Source: an uncultured Azospirillum sp.
GTDB taxonomy: Bacteria > Pseudomonadota > Alphaproteobacteria > CACIAM-22H2
DNA: 64,000 nt
Direction of reading: 5' to 3'
Assembly (NCBI GenBank): GCA_964416335.1
Contig: CAYQDN010000004.1
Location: forward strand, 64,518-128,517
Below, in pieces: positions 19,601-28,330 of this stretch. Each line of letters opens with the position of its first letter. Within the stretch, counting starts at the first letter, position 1. The notes beneath the pieces are model-generated. The model did no database searches and was not told where the DNA came from. It saw only the letters and a list, made by a program, of their open reading frames with translations. The position numbers were made by a program, and so were the translations under genes.

Positions 19601-20478
19601 ACTGTAGAGGCATCATTGACGCATTCGAGAACGAAGCGATAAGTCGTGGAGAGCCAATTCTTTTCGCCTCACGCGCGGAGATGCTTGGATATGCGTACGA
19701 TGGGCGCGTGACGCGGGGGGCAATTGAGAAGTTCGCGAATGCCTTTTCGATGCAGCCTCGCTTGTCGTGGAGAGTGCCGCCCAAGGGCTATAAGCCGCGT
19801 GATCGCGAGCCTTGGCGGTATAGACGAAGATTGTCCACGTTGAGACTGCCGATATTGCAGCTAGATAGTTCCGAGAATCCAAAGATTCTTGTCGCACCAG
19901 GAATGTTGAGAGAATCATTCAACTATCTTTTGGGGGGCTATTACTTCGGCAATTTTGACAAGGCCTTTGTCTCTTCAGACGAAATGCGGAAGTGGATCGG
20001 AGCCGCCGCTAATCGGCGAGGCCACAAGTTTAATGAAAAAGTGGCAGCTCGAATGCGTGAGCTTGGATGGGAAGCGCAAGCCGATGTTCGGGTTGCCCAC
20101 CTTCTTCGCAAAGGGCTCCCGCGCGATTATGGTGATGTCGATGTTGTCGCCTGGAATCGAAGTTCGGGAAGAGTTTTGATTATGGAGTGCAAAGACCTCC
20201 AGTTCCGTAAAACACACGGTGAAATCGCCGAACAGATCTCCGACTTCCGCGGCGAGTTAGATGAAGATGGACGGCCGGATCTATTAAAAAAGCATTTGGA
20301 TCGTCTCGACATCGTTACGGCCCATCTGATGGAGGTGGTTCAGTTTTGTAAACTTTCAAAAGAGCCAGTTGTTGAAGGTCATGTCGTATTTAGGAATCCT
20401 GTTCCGATGCAGTTTGCTTGGAAGCGCCTAGCGCATTTGATTCGTCTGTCTATCTTTGACGCTTTAGAATCATTGTAG
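16678..20478 (+). CDS. large (1266 aa) hypothetical protein with C-terminal NERD/PD-(D/E)xK nuclease-like domain
   Basis: Long unbroken ORF in a roughly 50% GC region with unbiased composition. No Walker A motif was found. The C-terminus YGDVDVVAWNRSSGRVLIMECKDLQFRKTHGE fits a D-x-D...E-x-K restriction-endonuclease-like or NERD motif. A hairpin terminator follows. Confidence 0.7.
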   Translation: MCAERRNPEADAKLINLEELMASLNLAQKSKGTLRISELLESCGEFSSSIRLLHPIKAIATIGGLLTHPGLQANCLRLEAMAHLAVCEARGKQKPNGKLITKFFHSLENSLGVLEDPIEDLFVSRVSSERGDYRIFGGIAEGAAFQLQRFLDIVEMMPSGTIYDELRDEIHSLLLLSDVVADRADLPANIVGAAMPQSRMPLSILNALSSLRKTVTFTTQELSKLGIRRNHLRGFCFQPDDRSALESEAIGHSQLESKPIILTESGVVLALPTAVNVAVRRRIIERCHQLGIQEGLFKSYLGCYERTLHNMPILGIPRRAPVRFRAVGPCWFAQFMTEIDAGRWLHFIAIADDFVGYDKNGLAGVNADPETAGACIKAEIDKAIGSLQGKPEFRNGITLVVVCGWGRTFATSQQPVRPNWNWELISAHDLATLSYLNGFNPCELWRVIHDEEELTRFDLRLQNPNGLLNLIAWERQLSGHLIPHAKLLEVGSTDKRPTILQIEQNGLLKLRAEVAIAHDCRRLGDNKGRRLRVSRFGQGHFQEDRRKAIYVAEDEILDGKLMGAVATPGRVWWVSVDGNSPREMLFQYWEMLLHWMHESSSVLDLELSSLLAGPIHWSVCFNELTPAIETQPGPIDWSRASSLLQTRIFPEDGSVFLDVDPRFQESFHHPENRAERLLVEVLVEATARLVGAKLSAERLAELVGRIVPNVEARHIHAFEQREFRDFFRDKIPSKYISIAQQDAARLSLSLGWRARPREALDSIVGKPECTTFLNATVALLEEELCRNLARYPCEALVKRVVLNYESANQDSLTWTRSSAALLALCRDKSDALEVISDRSAERNAVLQTSRIIIEAATCECPTEGGEAVGDIDVSRLMAIVSCIVHLGGWSDAIRWDALEPHLKISPFGEILKSAHFEDAILEPFGRASSARFVRDAVSRYPKHYEEINAISKVEASFDQAFVVAFQAELGVSLDDCRGIIDAFENEAISRGEPILFASRAEMLGYAYDGRVTRGAIEKFANAFSMQPRLSWRVPPKGYKPRDREPWRYRRRLSTLRLPILQLDSSENPKILVAPGMLRESFNYLLGGYYFGNFDKAFVSSDEMRKWIGAAANRRGHKFNEKVAARMRELGWEAQADVRVAHLLRKGLPRDYGDVDVVAWNRSSGRVLIMECKDLQFRKTHGEIAEQISDFRGELDEDGRPDLLKKHLDRLDIVTAHLMEVVQFCKLSKEPVVEGHVVFRNPVPMQFAWKRLAHLIRLSIFDALESL

Positions 20479-20603
20479 CAATCATGAGGCAATTGATCTG
20501 CCGTCCGCAATCGCCCGGTGCTTAGACGATCTATGCAATTTGGACTTAGGTATGAGAAATTGACAAAATTTATATCGCAATAGAGTTGCTTCCTGACAGT
20601 AGC

Positions 20604-21101
20604 CTAAATAGCAGAAGCCCCATCTCGGTTCGCGGCCGAGGTGGGGCTTTTTTGCATGGTTGTTTGTCGTTCCTTAGTCTCCCAGTTTTTAAATATCGAA
20701 TGATCGATCCAAGTACCCAATCGGCCCCACAGCGGTGGCCTATCATGTCGCTCGTCGATCCATTCCGTCGTATCGATGCAGTCGACCCTCGCCCAAACGG
20801 CGATCTCGCAAAGCATGTTTAGCCATCCGAGCGGCCGTGCTTCGTTTGCTGCCTTGCAGGACTGGAGTGCGCGGTTTGGGATCGCCCATAGCACTTCCCA
20901 GTAGATGTCGAGATCCGGCGGTAGAGTGGCAAAGGCCAGGGACCGGGCCTGCACTTCAGTCAGCGATTTCACGTTCGTGAAGTATGGCCGCGGGAGCGCG
21001 AACAGCAGCCGGATCCGCTCGGCGAAGCGCTCGAACTCCGGAAGGGCTGCCGTCTGTTCGTGGATATCAACGATCGTGGCTGTGCCGACCTGATGCATCA
21101 T
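20604..21101 (-). CDS. hypothetical protein (last gene of the NERD operon)
   Basis: 165-aa ORF whose start overlaps the upstream stop (ATGA). Its 3-prime end overlaps the terminator hairpin, so the true C-terminus may be shorter. Confidence 0.45.
   Translation of the reverse strand: MMHQVGTATIVDIHEQTAALPEFERFAERIRLLFALPRPYFTNVKSLTEVQARSLAFATLPPDLDIYWEVLWAIPNRALQSCKAANEARPLGWLNMLCEIAVWARVDCIDTTEWIDERHDRPPLWGRLGTWIDHSIFKNWETKERQTTMQKSPTSAANRDGASAI
20617..20653 (+). terminator. rho-independent terminator for the 1266-aa gene
   Basis: GCCCCATCTCGG-ttcgcgg-CCGAGGTGGGGC forms a 12-bp stem with one G-U wobble, followed by TTTTTT. It lies between convergent genes. Confidence 0.65.
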
Positions 21102-21436
21102 GAAGGGTACATCCCCTTTATCAACGTTTCCCGGATCTTTCGTAACTCTTCGTCGATGTCGATATTAGATTGGATCGAGCGCCGACGCTCGAATGCGGGG
21201 AATTCGAGCTCATCATCCTGCGTCGCTCGGACTGAAAGAATGAAATGCCCTTCGGCGATGCAGCGAAGGAGATAGTCGCGAACCGATATGCCCATCCGAT
21301 CGGCTACGGCTTTGGCGCGTTGGTAGGCGGCTCCGGATTCCAGGAACTTCAGCTCGATCGTTGGTGGCGCAGAGGGCGCCGCGCCGTCTTGCGATATGAC
21401 GGCCGGGCTCGGCGGAGTAGGGCGTGGGCCACTCAA
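21098..21436 (-). CDS. small ribbon-helix-helix (CopG-like) domain protein
   Basis: AYQRAKAVADRMGISVRDYLLRCIAEGHF resembles an RHH DNA-binding module. Both ends overlap neighbouring genes by 4 nt (ATGA), implying translational coupling. Confidence 0.45.
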   Translation of the reverse strand: MSGPRPTPPSPAVISQDGAAPSAPPTIELKFLESGAAYQRAKAVADRMGISVRDYLLRCIAEGHFILSVRATQDDELEFPAFERRRSIQSNIDIDEELRKIRETLIKGMYPS

Positions 21437-22707
21437 TAGCGCCAGACCCCACGATCGCCCTCCCGGCAGGCGACCACGTTGTAGGTCTTCCCCGAATAGG
21501 ACATCTCCGCGAACTGGCAGCCAGGGCGTCCGGTAACTGGCCCGAGCGCCCGGACCCAGTCCTTGTCGCCGGCGGCGATACGTTTCTCGGGCTCACTTGT
21601 CGCCTTGGTCAGGGCGGCCTGGATCGGGTCGGGTGTTGGTGCCGCCCGTGCTGGTGTTCTCGCGACGATTTGACTAGCCGGTGGTGGCGTTGGCGCCAGT
21701 ATCTGGCTGGGGCGGCCTGCCCAGATTGAGAAGGCGATGAGAATTGCCAGCCCGATGCCAAGCTTGTTGATCCAGCGACTTGGCTTCCGGATCGGTTCAG
21801 GGGGCTTGGGGCTTATCTTGGTCAAGAAAGTTCGCACGTCCTCGGACTTCAGGTGCGGACCTTCATGACGACGCTGTTCTTCGACCGGTGGTGCCTTCGA
21901 AAAACTCAAGGGCTTCGGTGACGGGTTGATGATCGCTTCGATCTCTTGTCGAACGAGATCAGGACCTGGTCGAACGTCGAGCTCGCTCGTCATCCAGCTG
22001 ATCAGCCGGGTGGTATCGTCCCCCGAGAGCAGATAACCGATACCCGGTCGTGACAGCTCATCGGCGACCAGTGCCCACATACCGAATTCGGCCAGATCCT
22101 CCGCGAAGACGATCCGCATGAAGTCACGGTCGGGGGCATAGAGGCGGCTCAGGATCGATGGACCGATCTGCGTCCGGGATGTATGGGGAAACACCATCAG
22201 CTGGCCGATCCGGGGGCCCAGATCGATGCCGGTCATTGCTCGGGCGGTAAGCGAGAAAGTATCAGTCAACCGGAACAGCTGCGCCGGCCTTACGTGGCCG
22301 CCTGTCGGTTGGCCACTCCGTGTGAAATGAGCCCAACGTACGCTTGGGCCGGGGCGGCCGTTGACCTCGACGAGGCCGCCCTTGACCTCGATCAAAGCTA
22401 CCCCGTGGGGGGTAACGGCGACGAAGTCCGCCTCGAGGCGGTGATTGCCGTCGAAGGGCAGGGGTAGCGAATAGGCTGCGTATCCGATGAACTGGGGTGT
22501 GTCCCACAGGAAGGATTCGTAAACGAGCCGCTCGCCGTCGTGTTGCGGTTCGGCGAGGACGACCGGGGCCGGCCATGGCGTGACCCGTACCTGTTCGGGG
22601 CGACCAGATGGGAGTGCCTCAACCGACGTCCCCTCTCGTCCAGTTTGGTTGACGAGATTCCAATAGACTCCGCGGGCCTGCCAAGCGGCCAATTCGTTGT
22701 TGTCCAT
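21433..22707 (-). CDS. NERD (nuclease-related domain) protein with one transmembrane helix and Pro-rich linker
   Basis: NERD core HRLEADFVAVTPHGVALIEVKGG (D/E...E-x-K). A hydrophobic helix WINKLGIGLAILIAFSIWAG is followed by a Pro-rich segment and a C-terminal domain. Confidence 0.7.
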   Translation of the reverse strand: MDNNELAAWQARGVYWNLVNQTGREGTSVEALPSGRPEQVRVTPWPAPVVLAEPQHDGERLVYESFLWDTPQFIGYAAYSLPLPFDGNHRLEADFVAVTPHGVALIEVKGGLVEVNGRPGPSVRWAHFTRSGQPTGGHVRPAQLFRLTDTFSLTARAMTGIDLGPRIGQLMVFPHTSRTQIGPSILSRLYAPDRDFMRIVFAEDLAEFGMWALVADELSRPGIGYLLSGDDTTRLISWMTSELDVRPGPDLVRQEIEAIINPSPKPLSFSKAPPVEEQRRHEGPHLKSEDVRTFLTKISPKPPEPIRKPSRWINKLGIGLAILIAFSIWAGRPSQILAPTPPPASQIVARTPARAAPTPDPIQAALTKATSEPEKRIAAGDKDWVRALGPVTGRPGCQFAEMSYSGKTYNVVACREGDRGVWRY

Positions 22708-22724
22708 GCGGCCTCGAGACTACG

Positions 22725-22756
22725 TATGAAGTATGCTTTATTAAGTATACTTCATA
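22725..22756. promoter_or_regulatory. palindromic operator in divergent NERD/XRE promoter region
   Basis: TATGAAGTAT-N12-ATACTTCATA: perfect 10-bp inverted arms in the 82-bp gap between the NERD gene start (22707) and the XRE gene start (22790). Confidence 0.6.
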
Positions 22757-22789
22757 GAGTCGAAGCTGCCAACGGGATTTCCTCGCGGT

Positions 22790-23020
22790 ATGAAAGCGCG
22801 GGAAATCCTTGCTCGGAATGTGCGGCGGTTGCGTGCGGAGCGCGGGATGTCACAGGAGAAGCTTGGGTTCGAGGCTGAAATTTCGATGACCTATGTAAGT
22901 CACATCGAAACTGAAAAATATGCGGCCACAATTGATGTGATTGGGAAGGTCGCGAAGGCTCTGAAAGTGACGTTGAGCGAGCTGTTATCCGAGCCGCCAA
23001 AGCAGCGCCGCTCTAAATAA
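22790..23020 (+). CDS. XRE-family (Cro/CI-type) HTH transcriptional regulator
   Basis: ILARNVRRLRAERGMSQEKLGFEAEISMTYVSHIETEKYAATIDVIGKVAKALKVTLSELL is a canonical HTH_3 domain. 76 aa. Confidence 0.85.
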   Translation: MKAREILARNVRRLRAERGMSQEKLGFEAEISMTYVSHIETEKYAATIDVIGKVAKALKVTLSELLSEPPKQRRSK

Positions 23021-23575
23021 ACATACGGTGTCATTTTGCGCGGACAACTGGCACATCCGATCAGCGCGTCGTGTAGGCCGGCGTAAGGTTCGCAAACCGC
23101 GTCTGCCAACTCGGGCGAATACCCTCGCCGGCGACTTTTAGCGATCCGCGTCCCATGCGCCCGTTCAGGGCGTCGACAGCAGCCATGAGCTTGATCCGTC
23201 GCGGATCGCCATTGGTCTCGAACAGAGAACGCTGTCCCGTTCCGGCGGACGCCAGGCCATCCGCAACGACGCCTGCCTTCGAGTATCAGAAGCAGTCCCG
23301 CCAAATCTGCTTTGCCGCTTTGACCGAAGCCGATACCAGCTCGAACGCGTCGGCCGACGGCTCGAGCAGCCGCGCACTGGTCGAATTCGCATAAGATGGA
23401 TCGCCATTGAGATTGCCTACAAATGTCTAGCTGTTTTGCCAAAGATCATTGACCTGTTTTCATCGCAGCGAAAAGTAAGAATATGATTTTAAATGATTAT
23501 TCGCCCATTCGAGCATATGAAACATATCAGGAACAAATTTCTTCAAGATAATCGAGAAACATCCTATGATAGGCC

Positions 23576-24907
23576 ATGTCAAAAGTTGTCACCGACAATC
23601 AGGTATTGGGGGAGCTGGGCGAGACAGCGATCAAAAAAATCGTGCTCGAAACTGGTTTCATCTATGAGCATCGCGGGCGACTGGAAGCAGGTACAGACGG
23701 TCTAGTCGAGCTACGTGATCCGCGCAGTGGCGCGCCACTTGGCAAAATGCTTGCTGTGCAAGTTAAATCCACAGATGTCGGGAAGTATATTCGTGAAGAT
23801 GAGCGCGGATTCGAATACCTACTCAAGCCAGATGATCTGAAATATTGGCGTACGTCAAACATCCCAGTCGTGATTGTCCTCTGGCGTAAGTTCGACCAGA
23901 CAGCTTATTGGAAAGAAGTCACTGATTGTGTAGGAGGCGAAGAGCGCCGCCTGAAATTCGACAAGCGCGCAGATGTTTTTGATGGTTCATGCGGGGATCG
24001 GCTCGGTGAGCTGACCATCGACCGTCGCACGCCTGGCGTATTCCTTCCGCCGCTGAATCACGGGGAAGGCGCGATTATCAATCTGTTGCGGGTGAAGTTG
24101 CCAGAGGAAATATTCATTGCAACATCACCATTCGGCAGCGGTCGGGATGCCGTTCCCGAGCTAGTCAAGCATGCAAATATCCGCTTCGATTGGGTCATCC
24201 GTAAGCGCCGTTATGTTTCCTTCTTCGATCCCCGAGAATATGGCACCTCTTCGATTGTCGATCTCGATCAAGTCGAGGCTGTCGATGCGAGGCAAATCAC
24301 GATGAACGATGAAACAGATGATTTGAATGATACTATTGATTTGCTGCGCCGCACGATCGAGCGACAAGTAGGAGCACAGCTTTCCTATCTGCGCAAAGAT
24401 CGACTCTTTCACTTCAAGGCTACCGATGTTCGCAAGGGCCGTAGCTATCGCTACATGGCGAACGTCAATGAGACCTCTGCCAAGGTGGTAAGCGTCTATT
24501 CAAGCAAAAAGAAGGAAGGGCGTGGCTACGTCCGACATCACGCGGCTCGATTGCGCTTCGAGCGACTATCTGACGAATGGTTTCTTGTTATTGATCCAGA
24601 CTATTACTTTACGTTTGATGGATTTCAGCCGCACCGCTATCCAGAAGCATTGCTCGCTGGCAAGAAGCGCCTTGAGCGTAATGCCGCTGTGCGCGGCCAG
24701 GTCATAATGTGGCAGCACCTACTGGTTAACAGCGGAAAGAACGAAGTTGGCCTGTTTGATGCGGGCAAACCAGCGCCGTTTCTTCAGTTCGAACGACTTC
24801 CGGTTCTCCAGCTCTCCCAGGCCGTTCCGGAAGATTCATGGAGCCGGACCGACCCCCGCGCTAAAGATATGGAAGCTTTCGACCTCTTCGAGGAAGGAGG
24901 TCTGTAA
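23576..24907 (+). CDS. DUF4365/DREN-type PD-(D/E)xK nuclease domain fused to APAZ-like region (short-pAgo partner, SPARDA-type)
   Basis: N-terminus GELGETAIKKIVLETGFIYEHRGRLEAGTDGLVELRD...MLAVQVKST gives a D...E...QxK nuclease motif characteristic of DUF4365 (Mrr-like). The roughly 300-aa remainder, of unknown fold, sits where APAZ does. Its stop overlaps the pAgo start (TAATG). Confidence 0.7.
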   Translation: MSKVVTDNQVLGELGETAIKKIVLETGFIYEHRGRLEAGTDGLVELRDPRSGAPLGKMLAVQVKSTDVGKYIREDERGFEYLLKPDDLKYWRTSNIPVVIVLWRKFDQTAYWKEVTDCVGGEERRLKFDKRADVFDGSCGDRLGELTIDRRTPGVFLPPLNHGEGAIINLLRVKLPEEIFIATSPFGSGRDAVPELVKHANIRFDWVIRKRRYVSFFDPREYGTSSIVDLDQVEAVDARQITMNDETDDLNDTIDLLRRTIERQVGAQLSYLRKDRLFHFKATDVRKGRSYRYMANVNETSAKVVSVYSSKKKEGRGYVRHHAARLRFERLSDEWFLVIDPDYYFTFDGFQPHRYPEALLAGKKRLERNAAVRGQVIMWQHLLVNSGKNEVGLFDAGKPAPFLQFERLPVLQLSQAVPEDSWSRTDPRAKDMEAFDLFEEGGL

Positions 24908-26361
24908 TGAGTTTCAAAGCACAAGTTTTTGATGAACCGATGCTGGAATTTGGCGATGGTGGTCAACATTGCGATCCCCGGCAAGGCTTGCGCGAATATG
25001 GGCCATTGCAGCCAGGTTCGGGCGATATCGTGCGCGTGGGCGTGATCGGAACGGACGAAACTGTCGCGGGTTTTGCAGAATTTTTGGAGGAGACCGGACG
25101 AGGCATCGAGAGCGGCAACAAGCAACTCATAAATCTGAACCCGGATTTTCCCGGATTGGGAAATCAAAATCCGTTCCGCTGCAAGTTCGAGGTTCCGGAG
25201 GGAGCAACCGCAACTATTTCGCGACGACAGGTTAACGAAATCAGAGAAATCAAACGGCATGACGACGCTGTCAATTACGCAGTCGAACTGATCACAGCGC
25301 AACTTTCCGCTCTGGTCGAGAGTAGCGCCAAGCCCGATGTTATCGTGCTCGCTTTGCCGGTGCCGCTGATCGAAAAGCTGGTAAATGCCAAAAGTGAGGA
25401 AGAGGCAGAAGCCGCCGAAGAAAACGAAGATCGCGGAGGGATGTTAAACTTCCGTGACCTGTTGAAAGCCAAGACTCTTCATCTACCGGTACCGAGCCAA
25501 ATCGTATGGCCAGATACATGGGATGACGCCGCAAAAATTCCTCGCAAAGTGAAGCGGGACAGCAATCGCCAAACGCAAGTCAAAGCGACTCGTGCATGGA
25601 ATCTATTGAACGCGCTGTTCTACAAAACGGGTAAGGTGCCATGGCGCTTGCTTCCAGATCGGGCTGAATATCGTACAAGCTTTCTTGGTATTGGGTTCTA
25701 TCGCGATATTGACGGTCAGCAGCTTTGGACTAGCACGGCACAGATGTTTGATGAGCGAGGTCGTGGGCTCATCCTGAGGGGCGCCCGTGCGCAGACAGAA
25801 ACTCGCGGTCGCCATCCGTATCTGACGGCGCACGACGCAGAAGATTTAGTTTCGCAATCCATTGCGGCGTACAAGTCGCATCATCGCCATGTCCCGGCAC
25901 GCTTGATTGTCCTAAAAACATCACGGTTTCGACCCGAGGAAGCAGAGGGCATAGATGCCGCCCTCAAGAGATTCAATGTCGAGATGTGCGATCTTGTTTG
26001 GGTGCAAGAAAGTTCACCGATCGCGATCTTCCGTGACGGCAACTATCCAGTTTTACGAGGAACGTTTGTCGATCTGGGAGGCAAGGGCTTACTTTACACC
26101 CGCGGTAGCGTGCCATTCTATGGAACGTATCCAGGACTACGAATTCCCCGCCCGTTAATGCTCGTGCCGCACCAGAATTCGGATAGTAATCTGCTCACAT
26201 TGGCGAAGCACGTGTTGGCGCTGACCAAGGTCAATTGGAACTCCACGCAATTTGACCAGAAACTTCCTGCACCAATCAAAGCGGCTCGAGAAGTCGGTCG
26301 CATCCTAAAACATGTGAAATTTGGCACGGCAGTCTCGCCGGATTTCCGCCGATATATGTGA
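24907..26361 (+). CDS. short prokaryotic Argonaute (MID-PIWI only, catalytically inactive type)
   Basis: MID-like PDVIVLALPVPLIEKL. Argonaute-typical LLNALFYKTGKVPWRL followed by FLGIGFYRD, which occupies the position of the first RNase-H strand. A RIIFYRDG-like LIVLKTSRFRPEE follows. No DEDX catalytic tetrad is evident. 484 aa. Confidence 0.7.
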   Translation: MSFKAQVFDEPMLEFGDGGQHCDPRQGLREYGPLQPGSGDIVRVGVIGTDETVAGFAEFLEETGRGIESGNKQLINLNPDFPGLGNQNPFRCKFEVPEGATATISRRQVNEIREIKRHDDAVNYAVELITAQLSALVESSAKPDVIVLALPVPLIEKLVNAKSEEEAEAAEENEDRGGMLNFRDLLKAKTLHLPVPSQIVWPDTWDDAAKIPRKVKRDSNRQTQVKATRAWNLLNALFYKTGKVPWRLLPDRAEYRTSFLGIGFYRDIDGQQLWTSTAQMFDERGRGLILRGARAQTETRGRHPYLTAHDAEDLVSQSIAAYKSHHRHVPARLIVLKTSRFRPEEAEGIDAALKRFNVEMCDLVWVQESSPIAIFRDGNYPVLRGTFVDLGGKGLLYTRGSVPFYGTYPGLRIPRPLMLVPHQNSDSNLLTLAKHVLALTKVNWNSTQFDQKLPAPIKAAREVGRILKHVKFGTAVSPDFRRYM

Positions 26362-26905
26362 CAACCCCGGCATACACCCCAGATGGCCTCAACACATTTC
26401 TCAGTGCCTGCGGAATCAAGGGCAGGCCAACTTTCGAAACTCAATTTGCAGTTACGCTTGATACTAGCCTGCAGACTGATTGAAGTCTTTCAACCCTCGC
26501 GAGGCCCATGCGGCAACCAAGCCGACTGAGGGGCTAAAAGGCCCGAAGGAGGATGTAGAAAGTCGTGGGCGGAACGAGGGAAAGATGATGGCGCGCTAAA
26601 AGGTAGTGCTAGAACGTCCAAGCGGCTGAGAACATAGGGCATGCCATAGCAGCTCCCTGAAAAGTAATAAAGAATCAATAGGCTAGCCAAATCAGGCCGA
26701 GCTCAGTAGGTTGACAGTTTGCTAATCGATTCAGAGTCTAACGCATGCCTACTGGAGAAATCCGCAACAAAGTCTGCAGGATGATCGCGAGGATTACCTA
26801 CAATTTACAATTGATTGCGCACGGCCCCGTCGGGCAGCGCGATAGCTGCTGCGATACGATGCAGGACCTCAGTCTGCGTCATTCAACCGTATTGAGGCCG
26901 TACTG

Positions 26906-28330
26906 ATGGTCGATACCTACCAAGGCAGCCTTTTCTCTGGCGACTTTCTGACTGACTCCATTACTCGGCTGCCCGATTGGGCGGAGGTGTCCGACAGCGA
27001 AATCGCCAGCCTCTCCGGCAAGCTTACTGAAATTATCGCTAAGTTTCCAACCAGGCAGTCGCCCAACGAAGCGCAAACTGAAGATGATCTCATCTGGAAA
27101 GTGCTCGGTGCACTCGGCTGGACGGATTTCCTCCGTCAGCAGAATCTTGCGCCGAAAGGTCGCGAGGACGTGCCGGATGGTCTGTTGTTCAGGAATGACG
27201 CCGCCAAGGCCCAGGCCAACAAGACCCCAGATGAATGGAGACGCTACGAATTCGGGCTTGCCGTTGTGGAATCTAAGCGTTGGAATCGTCCTCTTGATCG
27301 CCGATCAGGAACGCGCGGTGAAGAAACCGCGCCATCGACGCAGATGCTGCGCTATTTGCGCCGCGTCGAGGATCTAACGACTGGCAAATTAAGATGGGGC
27401 ATTCTTACCAATGGCGGACGTTGGAGGCTCTACTATCAAGGAGCCCGCTCGGTCGCCGAACACTTCTTCGAAATCGACCTTGCGCAGATTCTAGGAATTG
27501 AGGGGCACGAGGGCGGCTTGTTCTCACTCAAAGTGAGCCAACGCGCCCATGCGCTTCGCGTTTTTTATCTGATATTTCGGAAGGCCGCCTTTATCGGCAC
27601 CGCAAGCGATCCGCGGACTTTCCATCAACGCGCGCTCGATGAAGGCCGCTTCTATGAAGAAAGAGTTGCCGCCAATCTTTCTGATCTCGTGTTCGGCGAA
27701 GTCTTCCCAAAGTTGGTGCACGCCATAGCAAACGCTGCGCCCAGCGCGCCGTTGCAAAGTGTGCGCGAGGCCGCCCTGATTCTTCTCTACCGCCTCCTAT
27801 TCATTCTGTATGCAGAAGATCGCAACTTACTTCCTGTGCGTGATCCTCGTTACGACGATTATGGATTGCGTGATAAAGTGCGTGGAAATGTCGGAGATCG
27901 CAAAACCAAGAACGACGTGTTCTCCGATACGGCGGCCCGCTATTGGTCAACGATTGACGATTTGTGTCGAGCCATCGATAAAGGTGACAGCTCGATTGGG
28001 CTTCCTCCTTACAATGGCGGGCTGTTCGACCGGGAGCGTACACCTCTGCTGACAGAGGTGCGGATACCCGATGCGGTCATGGCCGACGTCATCGACGCCT
28101 TGTCCTTTGAGCAAACGCCGGCAGGACGACGCTATATCAACTATCGTGATTTGAGCGTGCAACAGCTCGGCTCGATATACGAGCGCCTGCTTGAGCATGA
28201 AGTTGACCTGACCGGGTTTTCTTGGACCAGGCTGATTGAGATAATCAGTTTGGAAAGGAGCCCCGGTCAGGTCACGTGTAAAGCGCTGACAGAAGTCTCC
28301 CTCCGTAGTCCGGCCGGTGGACGATCGTGA
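26906..28330 (+). pseudogene. truncated type IIL/IIG (MmeI-like) restriction-modification enzyme, N-terminal nuclease plus helical part only
   Basis: N-terminal PD-ExK (PDGLLF...GLAVVESKRW) and the conserved LLYRLLFILYAEDRNLLP motif of MmeI/Eco57I-like enzymes. It stops after 474 aa without any methyltransferase motifs, and a frame-shifted 68-aa ORF follows (28317-28523). The gene ends at the island GC boundary. Confidence 0.65.

Noticed and set aside
16976-20312. Multiple 60-130 aa ORFs on both strands inside the 1266-aa gene
   Set aside because: They are nested in a long, well-supported ORF and lack independent start or RBS evidence.
26906-28330. Interpretation of the truncated gene as a BREX PglX fragment
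   Set aside because: An N-terminal PD-ExK nuclease motif is present, which PglX lacks. No other BREX genes (pglZ, brxL, brxC) are in the window. The MmeI-like type IIL reading fits better.
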